A stretch of 59,518 nucleotides of DNA, the filler included, from Nitrospinae bacterium RIFCSPLOWO2_12_FULL_45_22 (GTDB taxonomy: Bacteria; 2-12-FULL-45-22), in assembly GCA_001803565.1 (NCBI GenBank). It is 6 parts of 6 records of this genome, joined end to end, with 100 filler letters (N's around TTAATTAATTAA, not from the genome) between each part and the next. Parts side by side here need not be neighbours in the genome. Positions count along the whole stretch, not along the records: positions 1 to 13,633 come from MHDQ01000085.1; 5 more parts are not named here. One strand, written 5' to 3'. A program made the translations under genes and the position numbers. Shown piece after piece: positions 1 to 9,368 of this stretch (the stretch's first letter is position 1; each line of letters begins with the position of its first letter). The notes beneath the pieces were generated by a model, which saw only the letters and a program-made list of their open reading frames with translations, was not told where the DNA came from and did not search any database.

Positions 1-2
1 AT

Positions 3-377
3 CTGATAGCTGCCAGCATGGGTTCTGAGCTGGAAATGGTTAGTATCCCATTTGATCTGGCCCGCCCCAGCCGACCTTATACGGGGAGGAGTCACCATGA
101 AGTGCTGGATATCAACAAAATCCAAACACAATTGGGATATAAGGATATAGTAGACTGCGAGGAAGCCATACGCAGAACTGTTTCATGGTATCTTACCAAC
201 CGCCCCGAGCCAGGCGGAGAAGTGGAAAGGCAATTGGGAGATTCCTTTGATTACGATATTGAAGATAGGGTCATTCAAGAGTATCGAGACTTTTTGGCGC
301 CGGCACGGGAGCGGGTGGCAACAGGGTTTAAATATCGCCATCCTTACCCACATCCCAAAACGCAAGAAAATAAATAG
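3..377 (+). CDS. C-terminal part of an NAD-dependent epimerase/dehydratase (extended SDR); starts before the window
   Basis: Frame is open from position 3; LDINKIQTQLGY...EEAIRRTVSWY resembles the extended-SDR C-terminus. Confidence 0.55.
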   Translation: MIAASMGSELEMVSIPFDLARPSRPYTGRSHHEVLDINKIQTQLGYKDIVDCEEAIRRTVSWYLTNRPEPGGEVERQLGDSFDYDIEDRVIQEYRDFLAPARERVATGFKYRHPYPHPKTQENK

Positions 378-410
378 AATAAACCCTCATGCCCCTTGGG
401 ATATGAGGGT

Positions 411-800
411 TTATTTTGAATCCTCAACACAGGAAACGATATCCTGAATCCTGGTGCCGGGGGTAAAGACTTCTCTTACCCCCATGCCTTTTATAAGGGA
501 TATCATACTGGGAGGAATAATGCCTCCTACGATGACTTTAATATCGGGGACTCCTCTCTCCTTTAATAGGCTCATTAATCGGCCCACAAGGATATCTGGC
601 GCACCATCCATGATGCGATAGCCTATGAAGTCTACATCTTCCTCTACAGCAGTATCTACAATCTCCCGCGGTATTTGATACCCTCCAAGGACTACCTCTA
701 TCCCGGCTTCCTGTAATCCCTTGGCCACTACATAATACCCTGTGGAGTGTCCTAAAGAATCCATAACGAGAAGCACGCGTATCTTCTTCTGGTTACTCAA
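411..800 (-). CDS. Cobalamin-binding small subunit of an acyl-CoA mutase (IcmB/MCM C-terminal-like), divergent
   Basis: GHSTG...AGIEVV...EEDVDFIG...VIVGGIIP...GVREVFTPG follows the B12-binding Rossmann domain pattern; AGGAGGAG RBS; directly downstream of the large subunit. Confidence 0.85.
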   Translation of the reverse strand: MSNQKKIRVLLVMDSLGHSTGYYVVAKGLQEAGIEVVLGGYQIPREIVDTAVEEDVDFIGYRIMDGAPDILVGRLMSLLKERGVPDIKVIVGGIIPPSMISLIKGMGVREVFTPGTRIQDIVSCVEDSK

Positions 801-858
801 TCGGCTCCTCCCTTTAGCTAGTTAAATAGACCCTTGAATCTAACCGATTATATTCTGC

Positions 859-2526
859 TTACATGCCAAAGAACTTACCACCGAACCGGGACAGATCCAA
901 AGACCCAAAGACTTCCTTTCTGATCTGAACGATCTCTCCGATGCTCAAATATGCCTTTACGGCCTCTATCATAGGTTCAATGATGTTTACCCGGCTCCGG
1001 TATGCCTGAGCCAACATCTTTTTGGCTGCTTCTACTTTCTTTGGGTCTCTTTCTCGCTTAACCTTTTCCAGCCGGGCAATCTGACGGTCCCGCCAGCCCG
1101 GATCGTACTCCTGCAATTTTACGCTATGTGCAGGGACAGATTCTTCCTCTTCCATGACAAATCTATTCACCCCTACTAACACCCTTTCCCCATTATCAAT
1201 AGCCCGTTGCCGCTGATATCCGGCCTCATCCGCTTCTTCCTCCATATATCTAAAGGCCCTTTCTGGACTCAAACGGTTAAGGTAGTCCAAAATCTCCCTG
1301 GCCTGTTCCTCCAATTGATTTGTCAGAGTCTCTACGCAATAAGACCCACCCAGGGGGTCTAAAACCTTTGCTATCCCTGTTTCATAGAAGATAATCTGCT
1401 GCGTCCGAATGGAAAGGGTAGCGGAAGCCTCGGTAGGTATGGCCAACGCCTCATCGAAAGAGTTAACGGAGAGGGATTGCGCCCCACCGAGAATCGCAGC
1501 CAGCGCATGGATAGTGGAACGAATAAGGTTATTATAGGGCTGTTGAGCGGTCAAGTTTAGGGCTGTAGTCTGGACATGAAACCGCATTAGCCAGGACCTG
1601 GGGTCCTTAGCCCCCATATCTTCCCGCATGAGTCGAGCCCACACTCTCCGCATGGCTCGATATTTCGCCACCTCTTCTAAAAATTCGTTCTCTGCGCTCA
1701 GGAAGAAAGAGACTCGTGGAGCAACCTCGTCCACTCCTAATCCACGGGCCATTGCTGACTTTATTGTATAAAGCCCAAGATAAAGTCCAAAGGCAATCTC
1801 CTGCAGAGCAGATACCCCTTGATCTCGAATATTCCTGACTGAGATGCTCGTATGATTCCATAAAGGAAGGTTCTTAGAACAGTACTCAATAATATCAATC
1901 GTGCCGTTCCCTTCGAACCGCGGTCCTTCTCCGCCAGGAATTACGCAATTCTGAATGGTACCCCGCAACTTTGCCAGCTCTATCTTTCTGCGCTGGGCTT
2001 CAGCCAGGATCATAGCAAAAACCGGGATGGAGCAGCCAATCTGGTTGATACTAATCTTCTCCATATCAATACCCGCAAAGAGGGTCTCAATATCAGCCAG
2101 GGAATCAATCCATACTCCTCCACGGCCCAGCATCCCCAGGGAACGTTCATCACTAGACTCATAGGGATCATACCCCATACCACAGACACTAAAGCCGGTC
2201 TGCCCTTGTTCAAACAGGTGTTTTAATCGCTCATTGGTCTCTTCAGCCGTCCCTATCCCCACTACTTGTCTAATAGTCCACTCTTTAGTCTGGTAACCGG
2301 TTGGTGTTACTCCCTGGGTAAAGGGATATACTCCTGGAAAACCAATATCTTTCAAATAATCAACCTTAGTTATATCCAGAGGGGTATAAACCATTTTCAA
2401 TGGAATACCGGAAACAGTTGTTTCTTCTAACTCCTTTTCGCCATATTTTTTGAGGATATGCTCTATCAGTCTTTCATACTCCTTCTTTGCCTGCTCAATC
2501 TCTGCCAGGACTTCTTCGTTAAACAC
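859..2526 (-). CDS. AdoCbl-dependent acyl-CoA mutase large (substrate-binding) subunit, divergent
   Basis: SGIPLKMVY, PGVYPFTQG, WTIRQ, GTIQN, EEVAKYRAMRR, RFHVQT, LTAQQPYNN, GGAQSLSVNSFDEA, DPLGGSYCVE, LVGVNRF. Confidence 0.92.
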   Translation of the reverse strand: MFNEEVLAEIEQAKKEYERLIEHILKKYGEKELEETTVSGIPLKMVYTPLDITKVDYLKDIGFPGVYPFTQGVTPTGYQTKEWTIRQVVGIGTAEETNERLKHLFEQGQTGFSVCGMGYDPYESSDERSLGMLGRGGVWIDSLADIETLFAGIDMEKISINQIGCSIPVFAMILAEAQRRKIELAKLRGTIQNCVIPGGEGPRFEGNGTIDIIEYCSKNLPLWNHTSISVRNIRDQGVSALQEIAFGLYLGLYTIKSAMARGLGVDEVAPRVSFFLSAENEFLEEVAKYRAMRRVWARLMREDMGAKDPRSWLMRFHVQTTALNLTAQQPYNNLIRSTIHALAAILGGAQSLSVNSFDEALAIPTEASATLSIRTQQIIFYETGIAKVLDPLGGSYCVETLTNQLEEQAREILDYLNRLSPERAFRYMEEEADEAGYQRQRAIDNGERVLVGVNRFVMEEEESVPAHSVKLQEYDPGWRDRQIARLEKVKRERDPKKVEAAKKMLAQAYRSRVNIIEPMIEAVKAYLSIGEIVQIRKEVFGSLDLSRFGGKFFGM

Positions 2527-2640
2527 CGCTTACCCTCCTTATTCATCTTTATCCAATCGGGCTTATATCAAGAAATATGTGGATGCATCTTGAGAAATTA
2601 AAGGTCAACTGCAGCTATTCGCGAAAAGGTTACCAGAGTA

Positions 2641-5136
2641 TTATATTATTCCCTTAGTTTTCAATCCAGCCATTTCCTCAACGCTATATCCCAGAACTTC
2701 AGTATAAATTTCGTGGTTATGCTGTCCGAGTATCGGGGCACCCTTTATAATATACTCGGGCATCGAAGAAAATCTGGGAAAGACGCCCTGGACTTTCACA
2801 GGACCCATTACCGGGTCTTCAACCTCAATAATTGCTCTTCGGGCTTTATAGTGGGGGTCGTTAAAAATGTCCTTAACATTATTAATGGGACTAACAGGAA
2901 CTCCGGCATTAACCATTATTTCTACCACCTCGTCCAGATTATAACCCCCAACCCATTCTGCTATAAGAGCATGGAGCATATCGGCATTTTCTACCCTACC
3001 TTTCATGTCCTGATACTGAGGATCATTGGGTAAGTCTTCTCTTCCAATAACCCGGGAAAGCCTTTCGAAGAACTTATCGGTAGGGGCCTCAATAGCTACC
3101 CAGCATCCATCCTTGGTTTTAAAATGCCCTGCAGGGGCAATATTCATATAGTGGCTTCCGTTGCGGGACCTTATAATACCAAGCTTATCATACGCTACCA
3201 CGGTATATTCCAGAAGGCGAAATATAGACTCATAAAGGGAGATATCAACCCATTGCCCCGTTCCTGTTTCCTCTACATCTCTATAGTAAAGGGCAATCAT
3301 AGTAGCAAGGGCATTGGTTATCGCGGTTATATAATCGCCCAGGATCAAACCCGGCCGTATAGGTGGGGCATCAGGCTCGCCAGTCAGATATACAAAACCC
3401 CCTGCCCCTAAACCGACTATATCATACCCGGGTTTATATCTATAGGGACCGGTCTCACCAAAGGTTGTAACCCGGATCAAGATTATCCGGGGATTGATCT
3501 TCTGTAGTTCATCATAGCCAAGGTTCCACTTTTCTAATACCCCAGCACGAAAATCTGTTAATACGATATCTGATATTTTCACCAGACGCTTTACCATCTC
3601 TTGGCCTTCTTTGGACTTCAAATTCAAAGTGATGGATTTTTTACCCCGACCTTCCACCGTCCAAAAAAAACCAGAATCTTTATAGAATGGCCCTACATTA
3701 CGCAAGAGCATTTTCTTGCCCGTAGGCTCTTCGATCTTTATTACCTCGGCACCAAATTCCCCTAATATTGTGGTTCCTATAGGACCCGCGCCGGATGAGC
3801 CGAGGTCCAAAATCCTTATCCCTTCCAATGGCCGTCTTAATCCATTTTCTCCTTTGCCGAGCTCCTTATCTTTACTTATTACCCCTTTATTCGTTCCATT
3901 AGAAACTCTTTTATTATCTTTGGGGATAGGGAAGGGAATCACTATTTGTTCCCGAAAAAGGGTTTCTATCTGCTCTGGGCTATAACCTAAAAGGTCGCAG
4001 AATATTTCCTGATTATGACAACCTAAAGGTGGGCCGCTCCATCTCACTCGGCCTGGTGTTAAGGAGAAGTGGGGGCTTATCCCCTGCATCTTTGCCTTCC
4101 CGATATCTGGGTCTTCCACTTCAATAATATTCCCCCGGGCAATATAGTGGGCGTCAGAGAAGATATTGTCTATAGAATAAATAGGACCGACAGGGACTTC
4201 ATTTTCCTCCATAATACTGAGGACTTCGGCTAAGAGATGATCCTTTACCCAATCCCTTAGAATGTTATTAATGGCATCAGTATTTTTGCACCGCGACTCA
4301 TTATCTTTGAACCTGTCATCCACTATAAGCTCTTCCCGCCCTATTGCCTTAGCTAGCCTGGCAAAGATGTGGTCTATAGGCGCTCCTAGAAAAACCCAAT
4401 TCCCATCGCTGGTCTCAAAGGTATCTATAGGAGCAACGAATAAAAAGCGATTACCGGTCCGTTCTTTGACTAATCCCAGCTTATCGAAAAGAGGGACATT
4501 GTTTTCATATAGCCGAAACAGTGCCTCATACATCGCAACATCTATCCATTGTCCCATTCCGGTTTTTTTTCGATGATAGATGGCCAAAAGGGTTGCCAGG
4601 CCATTGAACAATCCCGCAATGTAAGCACCGGCACTCACGCCTGTCCTCAATGGGGCACCACCTTCATAGCCAGTAAGATATGAGAGGCCACTCATAGCCG
4701 AAGCTACCATATCATATCCTGGACGATCTCTATATGGTCCATCTTGGCCAAAGGCAGATACCGACACCAGAATTATCTTGGGATTAATCCTTTTAAGCTC
4801 CTCATATCCTAATTTCCAGGCATCTAAGGTGCCCGGCCGGAAGCTCTCTACCACTACATCAACGACGGCTACCAGGTCTCTGATGATGTTTTGTCCTGCG
4901 CTTTTACTTATATCTATGGTTATAGATTTTTTATTCCTCCCATCCACTACCCACCATAACGATTTGTCTTTATAGAAAGGTGGCAAATTCCTCAATATAT
5001 CGCCTTTTTGTGGCTGTTCAACTTTAATAACTTCTGCCCCGAAATCAGCTAAGATAGTGGGTCCAAAGCCACCTGCCAGCCCATTCCCCATTTCTAAGAC
5101 CCTTAATCCTGCTAAAGGTAATTTATTTGCCGTCAT
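2641..5136 (-). CDS. Tandem two-domain class III (CaiB/BaiF) CoA-transferase
   Basis: Two complete repeats of PL.G.R.L...GAEVIK.E...K(K)SIT...FG..GPY...PGYD; 831 aa. Confidence 0.92.
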   Translation of the reverse strand: MTANKLPLAGLRVLEMGNGLAGGFGPTILADFGAEVIKVEQPQKGDILRNLPPFYKDKSLWWVVDGRNKKSITIDISKSAGQNIIRDLVAVVDVVVESFRPGTLDAWKLGYEELKRINPKIILVSVSAFGQDGPYRDRPGYDMVASAMSGLSYLTGYEGGAPLRTGVSAGAYIAGLFNGLATLLAIYHRKKTGMGQWIDVAMYEALFRLYENNVPLFDKLGLVKERTGNRFLFVAPIDTFETSDGNWVFLGAPIDHIFARLAKAIGREELIVDDRFKDNESRCKNTDAINNILRDWVKDHLLAEVLSIMEENEVPVGPIYSIDNIFSDAHYIARGNIIEVEDPDIGKAKMQGISPHFSLTPGRVRWSGPPLGCHNQEIFCDLLGYSPEQIETLFREQIVIPFPIPKDNKRVSNGTNKGVISKDKELGKGENGLRRPLEGIRILDLGSSGAGPIGTTILGEFGAEVIKIEEPTGKKMLLRNVGPFYKDSGFFWTVEGRGKKSITLNLKSKEGQEMVKRLVKISDIVLTDFRAGVLEKWNLGYDELQKINPRIILIRVTTFGETGPYRYKPGYDIVGLGAGGFVYLTGEPDAPPIRPGLILGDYITAITNALATMIALYYRDVEETGTGQWVDISLYESIFRLLEYTVVAYDKLGIIRSRNGSHYMNIAPAGHFKTKDGCWVAIEAPTDKFFERLSRVIGREDLPNDPQYQDMKGRVENADMLHALIAEWVGGYNLDEVVEIMVNAGVPVSPINNVKDIFNDPHYKARRAIIEVEDPVMGPVKVQGVFPRFSSMPEYIIKGAPILGQHNHEIYTEVLGYSVEEMAGLKTKGII

Positions 5137-5316
5137 CTTATGGGCCTCCTCTTTTTAATAGCCAAATCAAGGTTATAAATGTTATAGATGAAAAAATCGC
5201 CAGATATGCGCAGGCAACAAGAAGATGAGGCGTATTATGTGGGCTATCAGGACTTGCCTGGATCAGGGAAGCTCAGCATCAGTTAGTCGCTAGAATTCTG
5301 AACCAATTCAGGCAGA

Positions 5317-5345
5317 AGAATAGTGTAATTCTTTTGGCCTGTCAA
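5317..5345 (-). promoter_or_regulatory. Candidate sigma70 promoter for the CoA-transferase/mutase operon
   Basis: Minus strand TTGACA-17 nt-TATTCT. Confidence 0.55.
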
Positions 5346-5493
5346 CAAATTTTTCTCTTGATATTTCCCAAAAATTTCAGAAAAATAGGACACCTTCTAT
5401 TTTCCCATTAATTTGTTGGCTAACAAAAATTTGAGTAGAAGGTGATGAAGAGATAAAGTGAATAGTCGGAACAATTTTGCGGGAGGGAGCTAA

Positions 5494-6657
5494 ATGACTG
5501 CTTATTTACAGGATATAAGGGTTATAGATTTCTCTATCATGTTACCCGGGCCTTATTGTAGTATGCTCTTAGGGGATCTAGGTGCCGAGGTAATAAAGAT
5601 TGAGCAACCACCGGACGGAGACCCTGCCAGGATAATGATCCCGGGTTATTTCGAAAGTCTGAACCGGAATAAAAAGAGCCTGACTTTGGATCTCAAATCC
5701 GTACCGGGTAAGGAGATATTCTGTCAGCTTATTCGCTCGGCCGATATTCTTTTGGAAGGATTCCGGGGTGGGGTACTTAAACGACTCGGCTTTGGTTATG
5801 ATCAACTGCTCCAGATAAACCCCAGGATAGTCTTTTGCTCTATAGCCGGTTATGGTCAGGATAGTCCTTGGGCGAGCAGACCCGGGCATGATATCAACTA
5901 CCAGGGGGTAGCAGGGGTATTAAGTCTGAGTGGGGCACCTGATGGCCCGCCAGATTATACCATCGGAGTAGCCGCAGCAGACCTTACTGCTAGCTTATTT
6001 GCCCTCTCTTCTATTATAGCGGCCCTGTTTCATAGAGAAAAGACCGGGAAGGGCAATTGCATTGAAGTAGCTATCGCGGATGTAGCAGTATCCTTGATGT
6101 CTAACCGGATAGGAGAATTTTTTGCCCGAGGAAAACCATCTAAGAGCCAGCAGATGGGTAGGGCTGCTGCTGGGGTCTTTGAGACTAAAGATGGTAAATA
6201 TATCACGCTGGCGGCTGCGGAAGAACATTTCTGGAAGAGGTTATGTCAGGTTCTTGATCTAAAGGAGCTGAGCCAGGACCAAAGATTCTCTTCCACCCTG
6301 AATAGGAGTAAGTATCGCAAAGAGATCAATGAGCGTTTAGCAGAAGTATTTCGGACCCGGGAACAAAAGGAATGGTCAAATATATTAGAAAAGGCCGATT
6401 TACCGTGGGGGCCGGTAAACACCATCGAAGACCTCCCCAATGACCCGTATATCTCGTCTCGGCAATTAGTCCTCCCTCAAGAACACCCTTCATTGGGGAA
6501 TATATGGCAGGTCGCCTTCCCGGTAAAATTCCTCTCGGAACAACCTGAGATTAAACACCCGGCCCCCTCTTTAGGGCAACATAACCGGGAAATCCTGAAT
6601 TCATTAGGATACAGAGATGAAGATATGGCAATCTTTAAAGAGGAAAAAATTATTTAG
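5494..6657 (+). CDS. Class III (CaiB/BaiF) CoA-transferase
   Basis: LPGPYC...LGAEVIKIE, NRNKKSL, GHDINY, AADL (catalytic Asp retained). Confidence 0.92.
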   Translation: MTAYLQDIRVIDFSIMLPGPYCSMLLGDLGAEVIKIEQPPDGDPARIMIPGYFESLNRNKKSLTLDLKSVPGKEIFCQLIRSADILLEGFRGGVLKRLGFGYDQLLQINPRIVFCSIAGYGQDSPWASRPGHDINYQGVAGVLSLSGAPDGPPDYTIGVAAADLTASLFALSSIIAALFHREKTGKGNCIEVAIADVAVSLMSNRIGEFFARGKPSKSQQMGRAAAGVFETKDGKYITLAAAEEHFWKRLCQVLDLKELSQDQRFSSTLNRSKYRKEINERLAEVFRTREQKEWSNILEKADLPWGPVNTIEDLPNDPYISSRQLVLPQEHPSLGNIWQVAFPVKFLSEQPEIKHPAPSLGQHNREILNSLGYRDEDMAIFKEEKII

Positions 6658-6687
6658 AGCGAGCAATAATTGCTTTTTTATCTTTAC

Positions 6688-7785
6688 CTAAGCCTCTGCA
6701 TCGACATAGCATGCCAGGCCCCTATCCAAAAACCGGAGACATTTATTGCAGGATATACAAGTTACCGGATCCTCCTGACCTTGCTCGATCTTGTTTACTA
6801 GATCGGGTTCCCGAATAAAAGGTCGGCATAATGATATAAAGTCAGCCTTTTTTTGTTGCAGTATTTCTTCCATGAGGGCTGGTGTCCGCATGCCGCCCAC
6901 AAGGATCAGAGGACAACGGATTTCAGATTTTATTTCTGGTGCGTATGGCAAGAAATACGCCTCCTGTTCTCTGCTCTTAATACCAGGGACGAGACATTTC
7001 CAGATAGATAATTCCAGTGTCCCACCGCTGATCTCAATGGCATCCATTCCGAGGTCAGATAGCAATCTGGCTGTCTTTCTTGTCTCTTCAAGGGTAAGAC
7101 CGCCTTCCACATAGTCATCTATATTCATCTTGATAAATAACGGATAATCCTGCCCTGCTACTTGCCTGATCCGTTTGTATACTTCGGTCACTAACCGCTG
7201 GCGGTTCTCAAAACTCCCGCCCCACTGATCGGTTCTCCGATTGGAATAGGGGGATAAGAACTGACTGATCAGGTAGCCATGAGCACCATGGAGCTGGACG
7301 CCATCGAATCCTGCCTCTCTTGCCCTTCGGGCGGCTTCTCCGAAAGCCTCTATAAGCTCCCATATCTGCTCATCCGTCATCTCTCTGGGGGTAATCCCGG
7401 TCCTTTTATAAGCGATAGGTGACGGTGCAATGGGTGGAAAATCTTGGGCACTATCGGCTTGCATCTGGCGGCCACAATGGAAAATTTGAGGAACTATTTT
7501 TGCTCCATAATTATGGGCCTGCTTGATAAGCCTCTGCCATCCGGGTATCATCTCATCCTTATGCAGACCAGGCATTTTGTAGCCTGAACGTCCACTCTCG
7601 TGCACAAAGGCCACTCCAGTAACAATCAGACCCACACCCCCTTTGGCTAATTCCGTATAGCGCGATACCAGGGCATCGGTTACCTGCCCATCGGCAGCGG
7701 CCAAGCTCTCGCCCGTTGCAGACCGCACAAAACGATTCTTTATCTCCATATTGCCTATCTTTCCTGGGGTAAATAATAGCTTCAT
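6688..7785 (-). CDS. NADH:flavin oxidoreductase (Old Yellow Enzyme family)
   Basis: KNRFVRSAT, GFDGVQLHGAHGYLISQFLSP, C-terminal CISCNKC. Confidence 0.92.
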   Translation of the reverse strand: MKLLFTPGKIGNMEIKNRFVRSATGESLAAADGQVTDALVSRYTELAKGGVGLIVTGVAFVHESGRSGYKMPGLHKDEMIPGWQRLIKQAHNYGAKIVPQIFHCGRQMQADSAQDFPPIAPSPIAYKRTGITPREMTDEQIWELIEAFGEAARRAREAGFDGVQLHGAHGYLISQFLSPYSNRRTDQWGGSFENRQRLVTEVYKRIRQVAGQDYPLFIKMNIDDYVEGGLTLEETRKTARLLSDLGMDAIEISGGTLELSIWKCLVPGIKSREQEAYFLPYAPEIKSEIRCPLILVGGMRTPALMEEILQQKKADFISLCRPFIREPDLVNKIEQGQEDPVTCISCNKCLRFLDRGLACYVDAEA

Positions 7786-8212
7786 CTTCCTCCCCTCCTA
7801 CGAAATCCATTTTAACCTGAATCCAGAGCGAATCGTCGGGCCTACAATAATTTAGCAGAACTGGTCTATTATTCGGTATTAAGTTAATCAATTTTTTAGG
7901 ATTGTCTTATCCCAGCTAAAGCCCAGAGTTACAGCTTGCTCATCTAACCCCTTTCAGATTGATCAATTCCTAAGCCTTGGGTCATAAGACCTGTCTTGAA
8001 TAAGTCTGACATCAGAATTTTGAACTTTAATACCTGGCTTTGGTGTTTTCGTACCCCTAGAAGCAAATAGGGTTTACCCGGACGAACAAATACTTATGTG
8101 GAATGGGCTAAGCCCATTTGATGATCAAAAAGAAGCGATAATAATGCGGTGTTAGAAGCGGTACGTAAATTTTTCAGTAATGATAAAGTCATGAGCCTTA
8201 GTCCATACAGTA

Positions 8213-9346
8213 TTAGAATGGCCTTGCCCAGAGGATGCCTCCAGAGTCGTTTAGTAATTTCTTTAGTGCCTCTCCAGAGCTATTCACGCGATATATAAAA
8301 TGCTTGTCTTTTTCCCTAGAGATAAAAATTATCCCCTCTCCATTCTTTAACCACTCCGGATAGGCGCACCCTTCCACCTTTTGGGCAATTTTAACCGTGC
8401 TTTTGTCTTTAAGATTTAATATAGATAACCTCTGATTTCTCGAAGATATGAACACTATCCTATTTCCATTGGGAGACCAGGAAATCTGATTCCTTATCAC
8501 TCCTTTTTGCAATAACCTTGGCTTGGGCATTCCGGTTTCTGACAAATTCAGGAGATATAGGTCATCTTCCCCCTTTTCCTTATTGAATCGATACAAACAG
8601 ACTTTTTTTCCATCAGGAGACCAAGATCCTCCACTCTCGTAAAGGAAAGGGTCCGTCCCTAATCTCCTCCTTCTTCCATCTTTTAGGCTGATTAGATATA
8701 TCTCTTTCTTGGCACCCAAAATGGAGATGATATTATCAGTTTTGGGAGAGACTAGAATGAATGGTGAATCAACGCCATCGATCCTCTTCGCATTTTCATT
8801 GCCTATTTTTACCTCATATCTCTTAACCACATTTGACCACTCGGCTGGGCCTACCATAATGGTGTCATGATTTTTCTTCACCAAATACCATGATGGAGTA
8901 GGATAACTAAAAGGAATAAATACTCCGGTGCTATCCCACGACCACGGTATAGCTTTAGATAATATATGGACATTTACATAATGGTCTTTGGAGACCATGC
9001 TTTGGTTAGTGGTTAACAATTCCTGCTGACCTGTTCCATCGATATTTAAAATGTATACTGTGTCAGGAGGGGAGCCCACATACGCTATCTCTTTCTTATC
9101 TGGTGATATAGAAACTAATATCTCTTGAAAGGAATTATATGTTATCCTTTTAAGATTATCTCCGTATATATCTACTGTATACAACTCTACATCACTTTGA
9201 TCCACTACGCCGTCTCTATTCACATCTTCTCCGCGTAAAGAGGCAAATAGAATCCTTTCTTTTTTGGGCTCCCCTCCTCTTCCGGGCGAAGCTACTATAA
9301 ATAGAGTAAAGAATAGGTTTAAAAATAAAGTCAAACGCCACAACAT
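8213..9346 (-). CDS. Secreted TolB-like beta-propeller protein (PD40 repeats)
   Basis: N-terminal signal peptide; repeated SPDKKEIAY / WSPDGKKV / WSPNGNRIVF / WLKNGEGIIF. Confidence 0.75.
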   Translation of the reverse strand: MLWRLTLFLNLFFTLFIVASPGRGGEPKKERILFASLRGEDVNRDGVVDQSDVELYTVDIYGDNLKRITYNSFQEILVSISPDKKEIAYVGSPPDTVYILNIDGTGQQELLTTNQSMVSKDHYVNVHILSKAIPWSWDSTGVFIPFSYPTPSWYLVKKNHDTIMVGPAEWSNVVKRYEVKIGNENAKRIDGVDSPFILVSPKTDNIISILGAKKEIYLISLKDGRRRRLGTDPFLYESGGSWSPDGKKVCLYRFNKEKGEDDLYLLNLSETGMPKPRLLQKGVIRNQISWSPNGNRIVFISSRNQRLSILNLKDKSTVKIAQKVEGCAYPEWLKNGEGIIFISREKDKHFIYRVNSSGEALKKLLNDSGGILWARPF

Positions 9347-9368
9347 CTTTTAAACCAGCTATTTTCGG

